This document shows positions 18,948 through 28,662 of a stretch of 64,000 bases of DNA, in pieces (positions within the stretch are counted from its first letter, which is position 1; each line of letters begins with the position of its first letter). The translations under genes were made by a program, and so were the position numbers. The stretch is from an uncultured Chloroflexia bacterium (GTDB taxonomy: Bacteria > Chloroflexota > Anaerolineae > Aggregatilineales > UBA3940): contig CAWBCR010000031.1 of the NCBI GenBank assembly GCA_963787375.1, positions 215,706 to 279,705 on the forward strand, given 5' to 3'. The notes under the pieces were generated by a model that worked only from the letters and a program-made list of their open reading frames with translations, was not told where the DNA came from and searched no databases.

Positions 18948-20171
18948 CTACACTGGGTAAACCTTCAGCGGCTTATCCTTGCCCTTGGCCGTGATAAATC
19001 GCGGCTCGCCGGAGGCGCTGACACCCGCCACCTGCTGCACGACGGTTTCCGAGGCCAGCACCTCGCCGGGCTGCGCGGCGCTGACCAGCCGGCTGGTCGT
19101 GTTGACTGTGTCGCCGATGATGTTGTACAGCCGCGTGTGGGTCGAGCCCATCAGCCCCTCGACCACCTCGCCGCTGTGCAGCCCGACGCCGACCGCCAGA
19201 CCGTAGACGCTCAGCGCGGCGTTGGCCTGCGTGACCAGATCGCGCGCGCCCTTGAGCGCCGTGGCCGGGTCGTCGAACCAGGTCATCACCTCGTCGCCGA
19301 TGAAGTGCGGCTTGTGTCCCCCGCATTCCCGCAGCACCTGCTCGGAGATCTCGTAGAACTGGTTGAGCATCCCGACCACCGTCTCCGGGTCCTTGTGCTG
19401 GCTCCAGTTGGTAAAGCCGCGAATGTCCATGAAAAGGATCGTGCGCTCGACGCGCCGCTGGCCCAGCGCCGACACGTCCTGCAGCGACTGCGCCAGCAGG
19501 TTGGGGTCAATCGACCACTCCGAGTACTGCCTGAGCTGCTGCGCGACCTCCTGCAAGAAGCGCATATAGCGGTTGACCTGCGCCTCGCTGAGCCCCAGCA
19601 GCAGCCCGAACATGACCGAGGCCAGCAGGATGAAGGTATGCCCGCCGCTCGACGCCCAGTAGGTGCGCAGCGTGTCCCAGTTCAGCGACCCGCCCAGCTC
19701 GCCCGTCGTCTCCGAGAGCACGTACAGCGCCGGGAAGAGCAGCACGCGCCACAGGCTGCTGGCCACGACGACCAGCGTCGCCAGGCGCGGCCCAAGCTCC
19801 TTGACCGCGTACAGCAGCGCCATCCCCAGCGAGAACACCCAGTACACCCAGTGATAGGGCGCGCCGGCGAAGTCGGCGGGGCCTTCGAGCAGGATGTCGA
19901 GCACGGTGTACAGCGACACACCGATCAGGTTACCGGCGGCGGCCTGCCACCACGTGTTCTCTTTGCGCGTGCCCAGGAACCAGGCCTGCACAGCGGCGGA
20001 GATCAACATCATGTAGTGGGGCAGTGCCAGAACGTAAGCAGCCACGCCCTGGGTTGCCATCGTGCGGATGGCGTCAAACACCGGGAAGATAGCCGCGTTC
20101 GTGGCAAACTCACGCAGGATGCGCCCCTGTGGGGTGCCTTCGATGCGCCGGGCGAGTGATACGGTGGTCAT
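18948..20171 (-). CDS. membrane-bound class III adenylate/guanylate cyclase
   Basis: N-terminal multi-TM region. Catalytic domain 'ILFMDIRGFT..FIGDEVM..GLHSGEVVEG..YNIIGDTVNTTSRL'. Confidence 0.8.
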   Translation of the reverse strand: MTTVSLARRIEGTPQGRILREFATNAAIFPVFDAIRTMATQGVAAYVLALPHYMMLISAAVQAWFLGTRKENTWWQAAAGNLIGVSLYTVLDILLEGPADFAGAPYHWVYWVFSLGMALLYAVKELGPRLATLVVVASSLWRVLLFPALYVLSETTGELGGSLNWDTLRTYWASSGGHTFILLASVMFGLLLGLSEAQVNRYMRFLQEVAQQLRQYSEWSIDPNLLAQSLQDVSALGQRRVERTILFMDIRGFTNWSQHKDPETVVGMLNQFYEISEQVLRECGGHKPHFIGDEVMTWFDDPATALKGARDLVTQANAALSVYGLAVGVGLHSGEVVEGLMGSTHTRLYNIIGDTVNTTSRLVSAAQPGEVLASETVVQQVAGVSASGEPRFITAKGKDKPLKVYPV

Positions 20172-20325
20172 GATGCTCCCTTAGAATTGGATGACGTGCG
20201 CGGTAACATCATAGCATGGCTGTCGATAGGAGAGAAGAGGCCGCCGGTCCCCCCACCTCACAGGGGTGGCAGCCGCTGCACATGGGTCATACAATAGCAG
20301 CCAACACACACAGGTAAGGATCAGC

Positions 20326-21069
20326 ATGAAGCTCGACATTCCCGGCAAGCCCAGGCCCTACGTGATGGCCCATCGCGGCAACTCTGCCGCCTGCCCTGAA
20401 AACACGTTGGCCGCCTTCCGCCGCGCGCTGGACGACGGCGCGGACCTGATCGAGACCGACCTGCATCTGACGCGCGACGGCGTGTTCGTGTGCATCCACG
20501 ACGGCACCGTCGACCGCACGACCGACGGCACGGGCGCGGTGGCCGACATGACGCTCGACGAGATCAGGCGGCTCAGCGCGAGCTATGGCCGTGCCGCGTT
20601 CGCCGCCGAGCGCATCCCGACGCTGGCCGAGGCGCTGGCGATCATCCCGCCGGATGGCATCCTGGCGCTGGAGCTGAAGACCGACCGCTTCCTTGAGCCG
20701 GAGGTAGGCCACCGGCTTGCCGATGAGCTGGCCGCCGCCGGGATGGCCGCGCGGGTGGTGCTGCTGTCGTTCAACACGGCGCGCGTGCAGGCGACCGCCG
20801 CCGCCGCGCAGGCCGCGGGCCACAACCTCCCGACCGGGTTTATCACCATGAGCCGCCTGATTCCCCGGCGCGGTGTCGACCTGCTGGGGCCGTTCTGGCC
20901 GATCCTGTTCGCCAACCCGTTTTACGTCGCGGCGGCGCACCGGCGCGGGCAGGCCGTGTGTCCGCTCGATCCCACGCCCAACTCGCGGCTGTGGTATTAC
21001 CGCGCGCTCGGCTGCGACGCCGTGCTGACCAACGATCCCGCGGCGACGGTCCACGCGTTGCACCCATGA
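20326..21069 (+). CDS. glycerophosphodiester phosphodiesterase (GDPD family)
   Basis: 'MAHRGNSAACPENTLAAFRRAL..GADLIETDLHLTRDG..IHD'. Confidence 0.8.
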   Translation: MKLDIPGKPRPYVMAHRGNSAACPENTLAAFRRALDDGADLIETDLHLTRDGVFVCIHDGTVDRTTDGTGAVADMTLDEIRRLSASYGRAAFAAERIPTLAEALAIIPPDGILALELKTDRFLEPEVGHRLADELAAAGMAARVVLLSFNTARVQATAAAAQAAGHNLPTGFITMSRLIPRRGVDLLGPFWPILFANPFYVAAAHRRGQAVCPLDPTPNSRLWYYRALGCDAVLTNDPAATVHALHP

Positions 21070-21157
21070 CGAAGGTACGATATCGCTTTGGCCAGAAATA
21101 GGTTAGGATAGGGGGTGCTTACGTTCGTATTGCACTCAAAACCGAGGAGGGAATGAA

Positions 21158-22117
21158 ATGGGGAGTTTTGCTAGAAGGGCACGCCCGGCGGCTGTGATCG
21201 TGATCGCCGCGCTTGCAATACTGCTGGTGGCCTGCGGGCCACAGGCCACGCCGACACCGGAAACCGTCATTATGGTGGTTTCGCCCACACCTGGCCCGGT
21301 GGAGCCGACGGCTGTGCCGCCGACCGCCGAGCCGCCGACTGTTGAGCCGCCCACGGCCGAGCCGCCAACCGCCGCGCCGGCTCCCGAAGCAACGGCTGCC
21401 CCGGCGGCAGGTGGTGGTCTGGGAATGGCCGGTAACCCGATCACCAACAACGCGCTGTGGACGCCGGTCGTCCAGCAGTTTAACGGGATCGACATGGTGC
21501 TCGTCCCGACCGGCTGCTACATGATGGGCTACCAGCAGGGCACCGGGGCCGAGATCCCCGCGCACGAGCAGTGCTTTGACCAGCCCTTCTGGATCGCCAA
21601 GACCGAGACGACCAACGCCCAGTACGGCTCGAATGGCGCTTACGCCGGGCTCGACTTCCCGCGTAACAACGTCACCTGGAAGGATGCCACGACCTTCTGC
21701 ACGGGCATTGGCATGCGGCTCCCGACCGAGAGGGAGTGGGAATATGCCGCTCGCGGCCCGAACAACAACGTCTATCCGTGGGGTAACGACTGGCTGGTCG
21801 GCTTCTCGGTGAACGCGAACAACGCACCGGGCGCTAACACGGTCGCCTCGATTGACGGCGGCAAGTCGTGGGTCGGCGCGTACGATATGGCTGGCAACCT
21901 GCGTGAGTGGACCAGCTCCATCGTGAAGGCGTATCCTTACGACGCCCGCGATGGCCGTGAAGACCCTGTCGGGCAGACCGGAACGCAGCGCGTCGTGCGC
22001 GGCGGATCGTACCTGACGGGCAGCCAGCTCATGCGCTCGTCATACCGTGAATGGTACGATCAGGGCTATACGGCAGCCGACATCGGCTTCCGCTGCGCCA
22101 TGGACTACCAGCCTTAA
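21158..22117 (+). CDS. secreted or lipoprotein FGE-sulfatase (SUMF1) domain protein
   Basis: GAGGAGGG RBS. 'LLVAC' lipobox. FGE motifs 'RLPTEREWEYAARG', 'GNLREWT', 'RVVRGGSY'. Confidence 0.8.
   Translation: MGSFARRARPAAVIVIAALAILLVACGPQATPTPETVIMVVSPTPGPVEPTAVPPTAEPPTVEPPTAEPPTAAPAPEATAAPAAGGGLGMAGNPITNNALWTPVVQQFNGIDMVLVPTGCYMMGYQQGTGAEIPAHEQCFDQPFWIAKTETTNAQYGSNGAYAGLDFPRNNVTWKDATTFCTGIGMRLPTEREWEYAARGPNNNVYPWGNDWLVGFSVNANNAPGANTVASIDGGKSWVGAYDMAGNLREWTSSIVKAYPYDARDGREDPVGQTGTQRVVRGGSYLTGSQLMRSSYREWYDQGYTAADIGFRCAMDYQP
21317..21376 (+). repeat. in-frame 15-nt tandem repeat (4 units) encoding PPTAE/PPTVE/PPTAE/PPTAA linker
   Basis: Read directly within gene 21158..22117. Confidence 0.6.
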
Positions 22118-22133
22118 TCATCACACAGATCGA

Positions 22134-22166
22134 AAAACCGGGGGTGGCTGAGCCACCCCCGGTTTT
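22134..22166. terminator. bidirectional intrinsic terminator
   Basis: aaaaccgggggtggc-tga-gccacccccggtttt: a 15-bp stem flanked by A- and T-runs, between convergent genes. Confidence 0.7.
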
Positions 22167-22192
22167 ATTTTCCCCGTACCTGAGCCTGAGTG

Positions 22193-23348
22193 TCAGCCGT
22201 TCGGCCAGCCCAGCACCAGCGCCGCGCACAGCGTCGCGCTGGTCGCCAGCGAGCTGACGGTGATGTACTCGTGCTCGGTGTGCGCGCCGTCGCCCAGTGG
22301 CCCCAGTCCGTCCAGCGTCGGGGTGCCGACCGCCGCCGTGTAATTGCCGTCAGACGCGCCGCCTGTGCCCGATTCGCGCAGATTGAGGCCGCAGCCGGCG
22401 GCGATAACCTTTGCCTGCTCGAAGGTCTGGCGCATCAGGTCGTCGCGCTCCATCGGCGGGCGGTCAAAGCCGCCCTCGACCTCGATGCGCGCACCGTGCA
22501 CCACCGGCTGGAGGCCCAGCACCGCTTCCGTCAGGCGATCCATCTCGGCCTGCGTCATCGCCCGCGCGTCGACCTGAAGCTCGCAGGAGTCGGGCACGAC
22601 GTTGCTCTTGGTCCCGCCGCTGATCACCCCCACGTTGACCGTCGTGCCGACTTCGTAATTGGTCATGCGCTGGAGGGTCAGCACGTGGTAGGCCATCTCC
22701 TCGATGGCGTTGATGCCCGAACTCGTGCGCGCCGCCGGCATGCGCCGACGTGCCGAAGGTCCGCACCACAAAGTGCGCGACACTCTTGCGCCACGTCTTG
22801 AGCGAGCCATCCGGCAGCGCGGCCTCCATGATCATCGCCAGCGCGGCGTTCTCGGCGCGCTCCTGGATCAGCCCGCGCGAGTAGAAGCTGCCGGTCTCCT
22901 CATCGCTGGTCATCAGCGCGATGACCGGCCTGTCAGGGAAATCTCCCATCGCCTGCAGCCCGCGCAGCGCCTCGACGACGGCGACGATGCTGGCCTTCAT
23001 GTCGTAGGTGCCGGGGCCAAACAGACGTCCATCGCCGTTCAGCCGGATCGGGTTTTCCCTGACGGCCCCATGTGGGTGAACGGTGTCCATGTGGCACACA
23101 AACAACAGCGGCTGGCCGGGCGCGTTGGCGTTCCAGCGGGCCTCGACGATGTCACCCACTTCGGCGCGCGGGTGGACGACGATCTCCGCGCCGAGCAACT
23201 CAAGCTCCCGCGTGACGCGCGCGCCCATCCGGTCCACGGCGATCTTATCATCTGTTGGCGATTCGATGGCGGCCAGCTCGCGGGTCAGCGCGACCATGTC
23301 GTCGATCTTGCCAGCGTAGAACGCTTGCAGGTCCGTCTCACTCATCAT
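22193..23348 (-). CDS. M20-family metallopeptidase (carboxypeptidase G2/ArgE/DapE-like); apparent frameshift near 22717
   Basis: 'LLFVCHMDTVHP', 'GPGTYDMKA', 'SDEETGS' are in ORF 22464..23357. 'GINAIEEMA..GGTKSNVVP..GDGAHTEHEY' are in ORF 22193..22810. Confidence 0.8.
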
Positions 23349-23379
23349 GCTCTCCACTCATTACCGGCGCTGCGGATGC

Positions 23380-24825
23380 CTAGTTGAACGGGCACAGGTC
23401 AGCGGGCGTATAGACCGGGTTGGCCGTGCCAAAGCTGTTCAGCACTTCGTAGGATCCCGGCGCGGCGCGTGCGTAGCCGATGACCACCTGGCAGGCCGTG
23501 CCGACGCTGCGGTTGATGGCAAAGTCGTTCCAGAACAGGCGCGCCATCTCAGCGAAGGCGCTGCCGGGCAGCAGGCCGGGCTGCGGCTGGCCCTCGACGG
23601 GGGGCGGCGCGTAGGTGCCGACCACCAGGTCGCGGGCGTTTTGCGCCGCGTCGACATTGCCCATCGCGGCGTAGGCCAGCATGATACGATAGGTGGCGTA
23701 CGCCTTGAGGTACTGCGCCTCGTCAGGATATCGCCAGCTCAACAGCGAGTCGTTGTTGACGGCCTGCTGGTAAAAGTTGACCGCGCCCTGATAATCAGCA
23801 GCCTTCAGCGCCGCGTCGCCGTCCTGAATGACGTGAATGCGGTACTGCGCGGGCGCTGCCACGACGCTGGCCACGACGTACTGTGTGCCATCCCAGTGCA
23901 GCGTAGTGGTGCGCACCCGCAGCGGGCCCGCCTCCGGCACGGCAGCCGTTCCACTGGTGACGACCACCTCGTCGAGCTTGTCGCCGTCCACGTCCTGCAC
24001 GTCGACCTGGGCCGATATCTCGTGCAGATCGCCGGCAAACAGGTTCTCGAAGTTACCCAGCGTCAGGTTCCACTCCAGCAGCTTGACGTTGGTGGTGCAG
24101 ATGGTGCCAGTGCAGGTCTGCACGGCGTACACCAGATCGTTCAGGTAGTCGCCGTTGATGTCTTGCGCGGCGCGCAGGATCGGGAAGCCGCGATCGGGCG
24201 CATAGCCGGCCTGGTACAGCAGCCGGTACGCGCCCTGATCGCAGCCGAAAATGTACAGGTCGCCGGGATAGGGGAACTCGGCGTGCTGCGGATCGAGCGC
24301 CACGACCAGCACTTCGGGCACGCTGTCGCCGGTGAAATCTCGGTCGACGAGCACCACGCCCCCGTAATCGACGATGGCTCCCCAGCCGCGCAGCCGGGCT
24401 TCCAGAATGGTCGTCGCACCGCCCCCCGAAAGGTACTGCGCGATGGTCTCCGGGTAGCGGCTGAAGGGCGGCGGCTGGACGGGCAGCGTCGGGTTGCCCG
24501 CCGCCGGGCACTGCGCCGGCGCGACGAAGACCCCCGGAATGGTGGGGGTCGGGACGTGCGCGGTAGCGGTGGCGGCGATTGCGGTCGCAGCGGCAGCGGT
24601 AGCCGTCGCCACCGACCCGATCAGCGTGCCGGACTGCACCGATGCGCTGTCGAGGATCAGGGTAGGCGTCAACAGCGAGACGGAGATGCGACCGCCGGGG
24701 GTGACTGTAGCCAGGTTGGCTTCAGGAGTCGACGCACCGGTGTCCGTTCCGACGATACACGCCAGCGCGGCGCAGGCCAGCGCCAGCAGCGCCCGGATCG
24801 GTTGGCGGCGAGGGGATGTGTTCAT
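23380..24825 (-). CDS. secreted protein with FG-GAP/VCBS-like Asp-rich repeats and a helical C-terminal region
   Basis: Signal peptide 'ALLALACAALAC'. 'DFTGDSVPEVLV', 'DINGDYLNDLVY', 'DVDGDKLDEVVV'. Confidence 0.55.
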   Translation of the reverse strand: MNTSPRRQPIRALLALACAALACIVGTDTGASTPEANLATVTPGGRISVSLLTPTLILDSASVQSGTLIGSVATATAAAATAIAATATAHVPTPTIPGVFVAPAQCPAAGNPTLPVQPPPFSRYPETIAQYLSGGGATTILEARLRGWGAIVDYGGVVLVDRDFTGDSVPEVLVVALDPQHAEFPYPGDLYIFGCDQGAYRLLYQAGYAPDRGFPILRAAQDINGDYLNDLVYAVQTCTGTICTTNVKLLEWNLTLGNFENLFAGDLHEISAQVDVQDVDGDKLDEVVVTSGTAAVPEAGPLRVRTTTLHWDGTQYVVASVVAAPAQYRIHVIQDGDAALKAADYQGAVNFYQQAVNNDSLLSWRYPDEAQYLKAYATYRIMLAYAAMGNVDAAQNARDLVVGTYAPPPVEGQPQPGLLPGSAFAEMARLFWNDFAINRSVGTACQVVIGYARAAPGSYEVLNSFGTANPVYTPADLCPFN

Positions 24826-24887
24826 GGCCGCCAGTATAGCAAATCAGAGAAGGGATTGCATATCGTGGCCGGAACCTCGCCCCCCTT

Positions 24888-24936
24888 CCCCCTCTCCATA
24901 GCATAAGCGCCGCAGGCGCGTTGCCTGAGAGGGGGG
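24888..24936. repeat. palindromic intergenic repeat sharing a 34-nt core with 55909..55962
   Basis: ccccctctcc ... gcataagcgccgcaggcgcgttgcctgagagggg. Confidence 0.6.
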
Positions 24937-25011
24937 CGCGGAGACGCTCGACAGAGCATCGACGCCGGGGTTGAGGCCCACAGGATACACTCACCACAGC
25001 CAGGGCGTTAG

Positions 25012-25926
25012 CTAACCTGAATGGTGTTGCTGTGTCATAACTTCCAGGTGCGATTGAAGGAACTGTGCGATGTCGTCCAATGAGTGAACAGCCTGTGGCA
25101 GTGTCAAAAAAAGCTGCCACACATGCCACATGCGCGGATAAATCTCCAACCGCACATCAACGCCTGCCTCTTTTGCCAGTTCCTCGATACGAACCGCATC
25201 ATCGCGTAAAATCTCGTCTTCTCCGGCGTGAACGAGCAGCGGTGGCAGGTTGTGCCAATCGCCAAATACTGGCGAAATCAAGGGATCGTGTGCATCGTTG
25301 TGCGCCACATAGGATTGATTGTAGATTCTGGCTGCTCTGGGATGCAGCATCGGGTCATCGACCGTCTTAAAGAGATCGTCTCTATTGGTCAGGTCTGCCA
25401 CAGGCGAGAGACACGCCGCCGCCACAGGCAGCGGCTCACCGCTGTCGCGCAGCTTCATCAATGTTGTGATCGTCAAATTGCCGCCAGCCAAATCGCCCGC
25501 CACCACAATATTCTGCGCGGAAAAGCTCTGCTTCAACAGCCAGCGATAAGCGGTCACACAGTCGTCCACCGCCGCGGGAAATGGATATTCCGGCGCGAGA
25601 CGATAATCCACCATCAGCACACGGATGGACATCTTTCGCGCCAGATAGGCTACCATCTGACGGTGTAGGGATGTCAATCCATAGACGAATCCACCACCGT
25701 GCAGATAGAGCAGCACTTGATCTTCTGGGTTGTTTTTGGGGATGAGCCATTCGCACCGCACGCCGTCGGCAGACACAGCTTCGCGCGCGATGTCAGCGGG
25801 CAGGCGCACGCGTGTTGCACTTCGTTTCTCTGCCCAGCGTGCCACCGAGAGCGGCAGGTACGCTTGCAGGAAACGGATGATGGGCAACCTCGCGCGAATA
25901 TTACGTTCAATAGAGGACTGTGTCAT
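25012..25926 (-). CDS. alpha/beta-hydrolase fold-3 (hormone-sensitive-lipase family) esterase with a Leu at the nucleophile position
   Basis: 'LYLHGGGFVYG' oxyanion motif. 'VVAGDLAGGN' sits where the family has GDSAGG. Later Asp and His are present ('GEDEILRDD', 'MWHVW'). Confidence 0.8.
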   Translation of the reverse strand: MTQSSIERNIRARLPIIRFLQAYLPLSVARWAEKRSATRVRLPADIAREAVSADGVRCEWLIPKNNPEDQVLLYLHGGGFVYGLTSLHRQMVAYLARKMSIRVLMVDYRLAPEYPFPAAVDDCVTAYRWLLKQSFSAQNIVVAGDLAGGNLTITTLMKLRDSGEPLPVAAACLSPVADLTNRDDLFKTVDDPMLHPRAARIYNQSYVAHNDAHDPLISPVFGDWHNLPPLLVHAGEDEILRDDAVRIEELAKEAGVDVRLEIYPRMWHVWQLFLTLPQAVHSLDDIAQFLQSHLEVMTQQHHSG

Positions 25927-26522
25927 TGGGCAGCCTTTCCTTTGCAGTAAATTCCTGAATGATGGCTTTGAAGCGAGAGTCGTAAGGAACTATCGTAAGG
26001 TAGCTCATCTTAGCCTGTTTGGGAAGCAGTGCTTTCATCCGGTTGTATATAGACCGGAAGTGCACGCGGATATGGGGGCTAGATCGAATACCGGTGGGAG
26101 AGGGCTGAGTGAGGCAGAATCGCGGCTTCCTGAGCCTGTCGTGGACGAAAACACACATCCGTTCTCAAAGAGACGAATGAGGTATTCTACACATCGGCGG
26201 ATCCCGCGCTGATAAGTTGCTTAAGACTACAGCGATCTACCTCATCGAGAAGTGCCGGGAAGTCTCATCTCCGACTATTGCCAAGAGGCCGGTTGAGGCT
26301 GTTTCCCTGAGCTGATTAGGCTACAGGCCAACAGCTATAATCAGCAGTGTCCTTTCCTACGACACTACCGGGAAGATGATAACGCCCTGCGCCACAGCGC
26401 GCCCTGTGGGATCGAGCGGCGCGATGAGATATATTCAATAAAGCGCGGCGACTAGGCCCTTAATGCCGCGCTGTAGCCGTGGGGGGCCGCTGTTGGCCCA
26501 CCGATTCGCCACACCGTGAGGA

Positions 26523-27836
26523 GTGTACCAACCCATGTACCATTCGCAGAGACGCACGATCGGCTTTGCGCTTGCCGCCCTGTTCCTTGCCGCCGCCAGC
26601 CTGGCCTGCGCGTCGCCCATCGGCCTGCCGTCGGTGCTGTCGCCGCAGCAGTCTGTCCAGGTGTCGCCGCAGGATGCGACTGTCGTGGCGGCCACCCCAC
26701 CGCCCGGCGGCCAGACGGTCGGCACGCTGGCCCCCACCCCCAGCACGATCATCACCACCGACCTTGAGACGCAGTTGGCCGACCTGTACGACGCGGCCAA
26801 CCCCGGCGTGGTGAACATCCAGGTGCGCAAGCCAATCGACCTGACCGGCGGCACGCTGCCACAGGGGATGCCCACGCTGCCGCCCGACCAGCAGATCCCC
26901 GACATCCCACAGCACCAGTACCAGTACGCCGAAGGGTCGGGCTTCGTGTTTGACACGTCGGGGCACATCGTCACCAATTACCACGTCATCAGCCAGTCCG
27001 ACCGCATCACGGTCATCTTCAACGACGGCACGAACCTGCCGGCGCAGCTGATCGGCGCGGACCCGGACAGCGACCTGGCCGTGGTGCAGGTCGACCGGCC
27101 CGCGTCCGACCTGCACCCGCTGCCGGTCGGCACGTCGAGCGTGCTGCGCGTCGGGCAGACGGTGGCCGCCATCGGCAACCCGTTCGGCCTGACCGGCACG
27201 ATGACCACCGGCATCGTCAGCGCGCTGGGCCGCTCGCTGCCCTCGCAGTCACAGACGATTGACGGGGGGCGGTTCAGCATCCCCGACATCATCCAGACCG
27301 ACGCGGCGATCAACCCCGGCAACTCCGGCGGGCCGCTGCTCAACCTGTCGGGCGAGGTCATCGGCGTGAACACCGCCATCGACACCAACACCGGGGCCTT
27401 CAGCGGCGTCGGGTTCGCCATCCCGTCGGACATGGTGAAGGAAGTCGTGCCGGTGCTGATCAGCGACGGCACCTACGCGCACCCGTGGCTGGGCATCTCC
27501 GGGCGGGGGCTGTTCCCCGACCTGCGCACGGCGATGAACCTACCCGCCGACCTGCAGGGCGTGCAGGTGGTGACGGTGGTCAGCGATGGGCCGGCGGGAA
27601 AGGCCGGGCTGCGCGCCAGCACCGGCCAAACGGTCATCGACGGCGCGCAGATTGAGACCGGCGGCGACATCATCACCGCCATCAACGGCATGCCGGTGAA
27701 GACCATCGACGACCTGATCGCCTACCTGGCCGACAACACCCACGTGGGCGATGTCGTCACGCTGGACGTGACGCGCGGCGGCCAGTCGATGCAGATCGAC
27801 GTGACGCTCGAAGCGCGGCCCGCTCCGGCCCCGTAG
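26523..27836 (+). CDS. htrA: HtrA/DegP-family serine protease with PDZ domain
   Basis: GAGGAG RBS. 'GSGFVFD..HIVTNYHV', 'DSDLAVV', 'GNSGGPLLN'. C-terminal PDZ-like 'GVQVVTVVSDGPAGKAGL'. Confidence 0.85.
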   Translation: MYQPMYHSQRRTIGFALAALFLAAASLACASPIGLPSVLSPQQSVQVSPQDATVVAATPPPGGQTVGTLAPTPSTIITTDLETQLADLYDAANPGVVNIQVRKPIDLTGGTLPQGMPTLPPDQQIPDIPQHQYQYAEGSGFVFDTSGHIVTNYHVISQSDRITVIFNDGTNLPAQLIGADPDSDLAVVQVDRPASDLHPLPVGTSSVLRVGQTVAAIGNPFGLTGTMTTGIVSALGRSLPSQSQTIDGGRFSIPDIIQTDAAINPGNSGGPLLNLSGEVIGVNTAIDTNTGAFSGVGFAIPSDMVKEVVPVLISDGTYAHPWLGISGRGLFPDLRTAMNLPADLQGVQVVTVVSDGPAGKAGLRASTGQTVIDGAQIETGGDIITAINGMPVKTIDDLIAYLADNTHVGDVVTLDVTRGGQSMQIDVTLEARPAPAP

Positions 27837-27853
27837 GAACTCGCTACAGAATC

Positions 27854-27895
27854 AAAAGGGGCGGCGGCCACCAGTTGATGACCGCCGCCCCCTTT
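27854..27895. terminator. bidirectional intrinsic terminator
   Basis: aaaaggggcggcgg ... ccgccgcccctttt between convergent genes. Confidence 0.65.
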
Positions 27896-27902
27896 TGCAG
27901 GG

Positions 27903-28553
27903 CTAATCCTCGCCTATCTTATATCCCGATGCCACCCAGGCGTCGCGCATCACGGGGTTGCGGCGCAGGTAAGCATCCCTCACCTCTCTGGGCGTGTTGT
28001 TCAAGGCGCATGAGAAGTTCACACACTCCCGGCAGGTCTTGACCCGCAGGTTGTAGAAGAAGCTCACCGCGCAAACCGCCGCGATGCCGGCCAGCAGCCA
28101 CTGCGCGCCGAGCAGCATAAAGGGGAAGGGAAACAGCACCAGCAGGCCCGCCCCGATCAGAAACTGGGCCTGTTCTCCGCGTGTCGCCGGCCCCGGTTCG
28201 AAGTCCCAGATTTTGAGGCAGCCCTGATTTGCCAGACAGACCAGCGTCGATCCGCTGCGGGCATAGTACGGGCAGTGGCGGCACAGGACATAGGTTTCCC
28301 ACACGTTGAAGAACAGCGCCATGTAGGCCACCCACCCGACGATCCACCAGCCAAAGCCCGCGCGCACCATCCCGGCGACGCTGGCGACCACGAAAGGTAT
28401 GAAAAGGGCAGCAAATGCTGCCAGGTCGGCCCAGCTATGGCGGCACACCAGCCGCCCCTTGATGTCACAGCCGGCGCAGGCCGACTCGTCGGCCCAGGTA
28501 CACAGTCCGTAAGGGTTTACATCTGTCTTGTCGAGGGTTGGTAATGTGGTCAT
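27903..28553 (-). CDS. Cys-rich polytopic membrane protein, unknown function
   Basis: ATG at 28553 (MTTLPTLDK..). Cys clusters 'CTWADESACAGCDIKGRLVCRH', 'CRHCPYY', 'CRECVNFSC'. 4-5 TM helices. Confidence 0.55.
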   Translation of the reverse strand: MTTLPTLDKTDVNPYGLCTWADESACAGCDIKGRLVCRHSWADLAAFAALFIPFVVASVAGMVRAGFGWWIVGWVAYMALFFNVWETYVLCRHCPYYARSGSTLVCLANQGCLKIWDFEPGPATRGEQAQFLIGAGLLVLFPFPFMLLGAQWLLAGIAAVCAVSFFYNLRVKTCRECVNFSCALNNTPREVRDAYLRRNPVMRDAWVASGYKIGED

Positions 28554-28662
28554 CTCCCGGCCTTCTTTCAGCAGGTTCATACAGGCACAGGATAAGACTC
28601 TGACGCGGGGGCTGTCAAGGGTTGGCTCTCGAAAGGCAGGGGGCCTCCGTCCCTGTAACAGC

